Below, one piece after another: positions 62,981 through 64,000 of a stretch of DNA of 64,000 nt; the stretch's first letter is position 1, and every line of letters starts with the position of its first letter. The position numbers and the translations under genes are program-made. Location of the stretch: assembly GCF_009834535.1 (NCBI RefSeq), contig NC_045696.1, positions 62,808,001 through 62,872,000 of the forward strand, read 5' to 3'. Source of the DNA: Camelus ferus (taxonomy: Eukaryota). Under the pieces are notes generated by a model. It had not been told where the DNA came from and ran no database searches. It worked only from the letters and a program-made list of their open reading frames with translations.

Positions 62981-64000
62981 CCCCAGCCCAGCACAATCAC
63001 ACTGACTTGGTAACTGACCCCGATGTCTTACGGCAGGCCTTGTGGGTGATGTGGCTTCCATAGCAGCAATCCATCTCCCCCAGGAGGCTGTGAACTCCTG
63101 GATGTCAGGGGCATGCCTCATCTGTCTGTGTGTCCTTCTCAGGGCCCCGTACCTTGCACAGGCCCGAATAAGTTTGTGTTATGCTGAAGTGTATGGCAGG
63201 AGCGAGGCCAAGTTGGTCCTGGGGCAACTTCGCAGCCTCCCTGCCCAGCCTTCAGAGTCCCTGTCGTCTTCCCTGGCGGAGTGATTCTAGGCTTTCCCTG
63301 GAGTCCTGATGGGGCAGGGAGGGGGCGATGAACACTGATTGTGAACAGCTTGGGGCAGACCCTGCCCAACCTGGTTGTTGTGCCCACATCCCATTTCTCA
63401 TCCTCACCCACTTTCTGATAAAGTCAACGCTAGGGTCCCAGCTCCACTCCTAATCAGGTATGTAGCTTTGGGCTTGGACCATTCCGAGCCCCAGTTTCCC
63501 CAGAATGCCCCCTTCAGTCCTTTAATCTCTACCCCGAAACAAGAAGAAATTCTCCATCCTCCCCATCCCAGGTGCCTCCCCATTCCTCCAGTTCTCCCCC
63601 AATCCTATCCTGCTTCTTAAAGCAGTGATAATTTAGCATCATAATTAGGCTTCAAAAGGCAGTCAGTATTAGCAAGATAGAGATCTGTTTGGCTCTGAGA
63701 AAAGTAAAGATGCAGAACAACTGGGACTTGCTGGGCAGGGCTCCTGGGGACAGCTGCAGGATGAAGCAGGGCCCCAAGGTGGGGAGCAGGGAGCAAAGGA
63801 GGAGAGAAGGCAAGGAGGGAGGGGGCTCTGCACCATACGATCCATAGGAAGCAGGAGAACACATGAGCACCATCTTCTGGCTCCCAGTGAATTCCAGATC
63901 CGCTGAGCATTTGAGCTGAAATTCTCAGAGGAAGACCTGAACCTCCCAGCTTCCAGCTGCTTCAGGGCAGGACAGCAGGGGGACAGACCCTGTTGGGGTG

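Noticed and set aside
1..64000. Short six-frame ORFs as host genes
   Set aside because: Apart from L1-derived peptides, none resembles a protein family I recognise. Many start at non-ATG codons, overlap repeats, or are of the length expected by chance in GC-rich DNA.
1..64000. CRISPR array, operon, endogenous non-retroviral viral insert or ERV gag/pol/env
   Set aside because: No regularly spaced repeats and no recognisable viral or bacterial coding sequence; all LTRs appear to be solo.

Overview
Mammalian non-coding genomic DNA dense in transposable elements. It is very probably from a camelid, judging by a Vic-1-type tRNA-Ala-derived SINE and cetartiodactyl-type L1 3' ends. I recognise no host protein-coding exon, functional RNA gene or prokaryotic feature; the only real protein-coding signal is decayed LINE-1 ORF1/ORF2. 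Contents: (1) a ~6.2 kb composite of two head-to-tail, internally deleted L1s (17.4-23.7 kb), one carrying a ~325 bp foreign polyadenylated insert in its RT region; (2) two young 5'-truncated L1s and one SINE, each with a perfect target-site duplication (TSD); (3) solo LTRs (ERV1-like, MER21-like, MLT1/LTR33-like); (4) hAT relics (MER5, MER63, MER91-like) and MIR/L2 fragments; (5) repeat-poor islands with candidate regulatory signals, namely a CpG-rich CTCF-like cluster near 62.9 kb, an NF-Y/GC-box cluster near 45.5 kb and a 14-bp inverted repeat near 49.85 kb. Family names come from recalled consensus resemblance, not a database search. I found no convincing novel biological system; the best leads are listed as findings.
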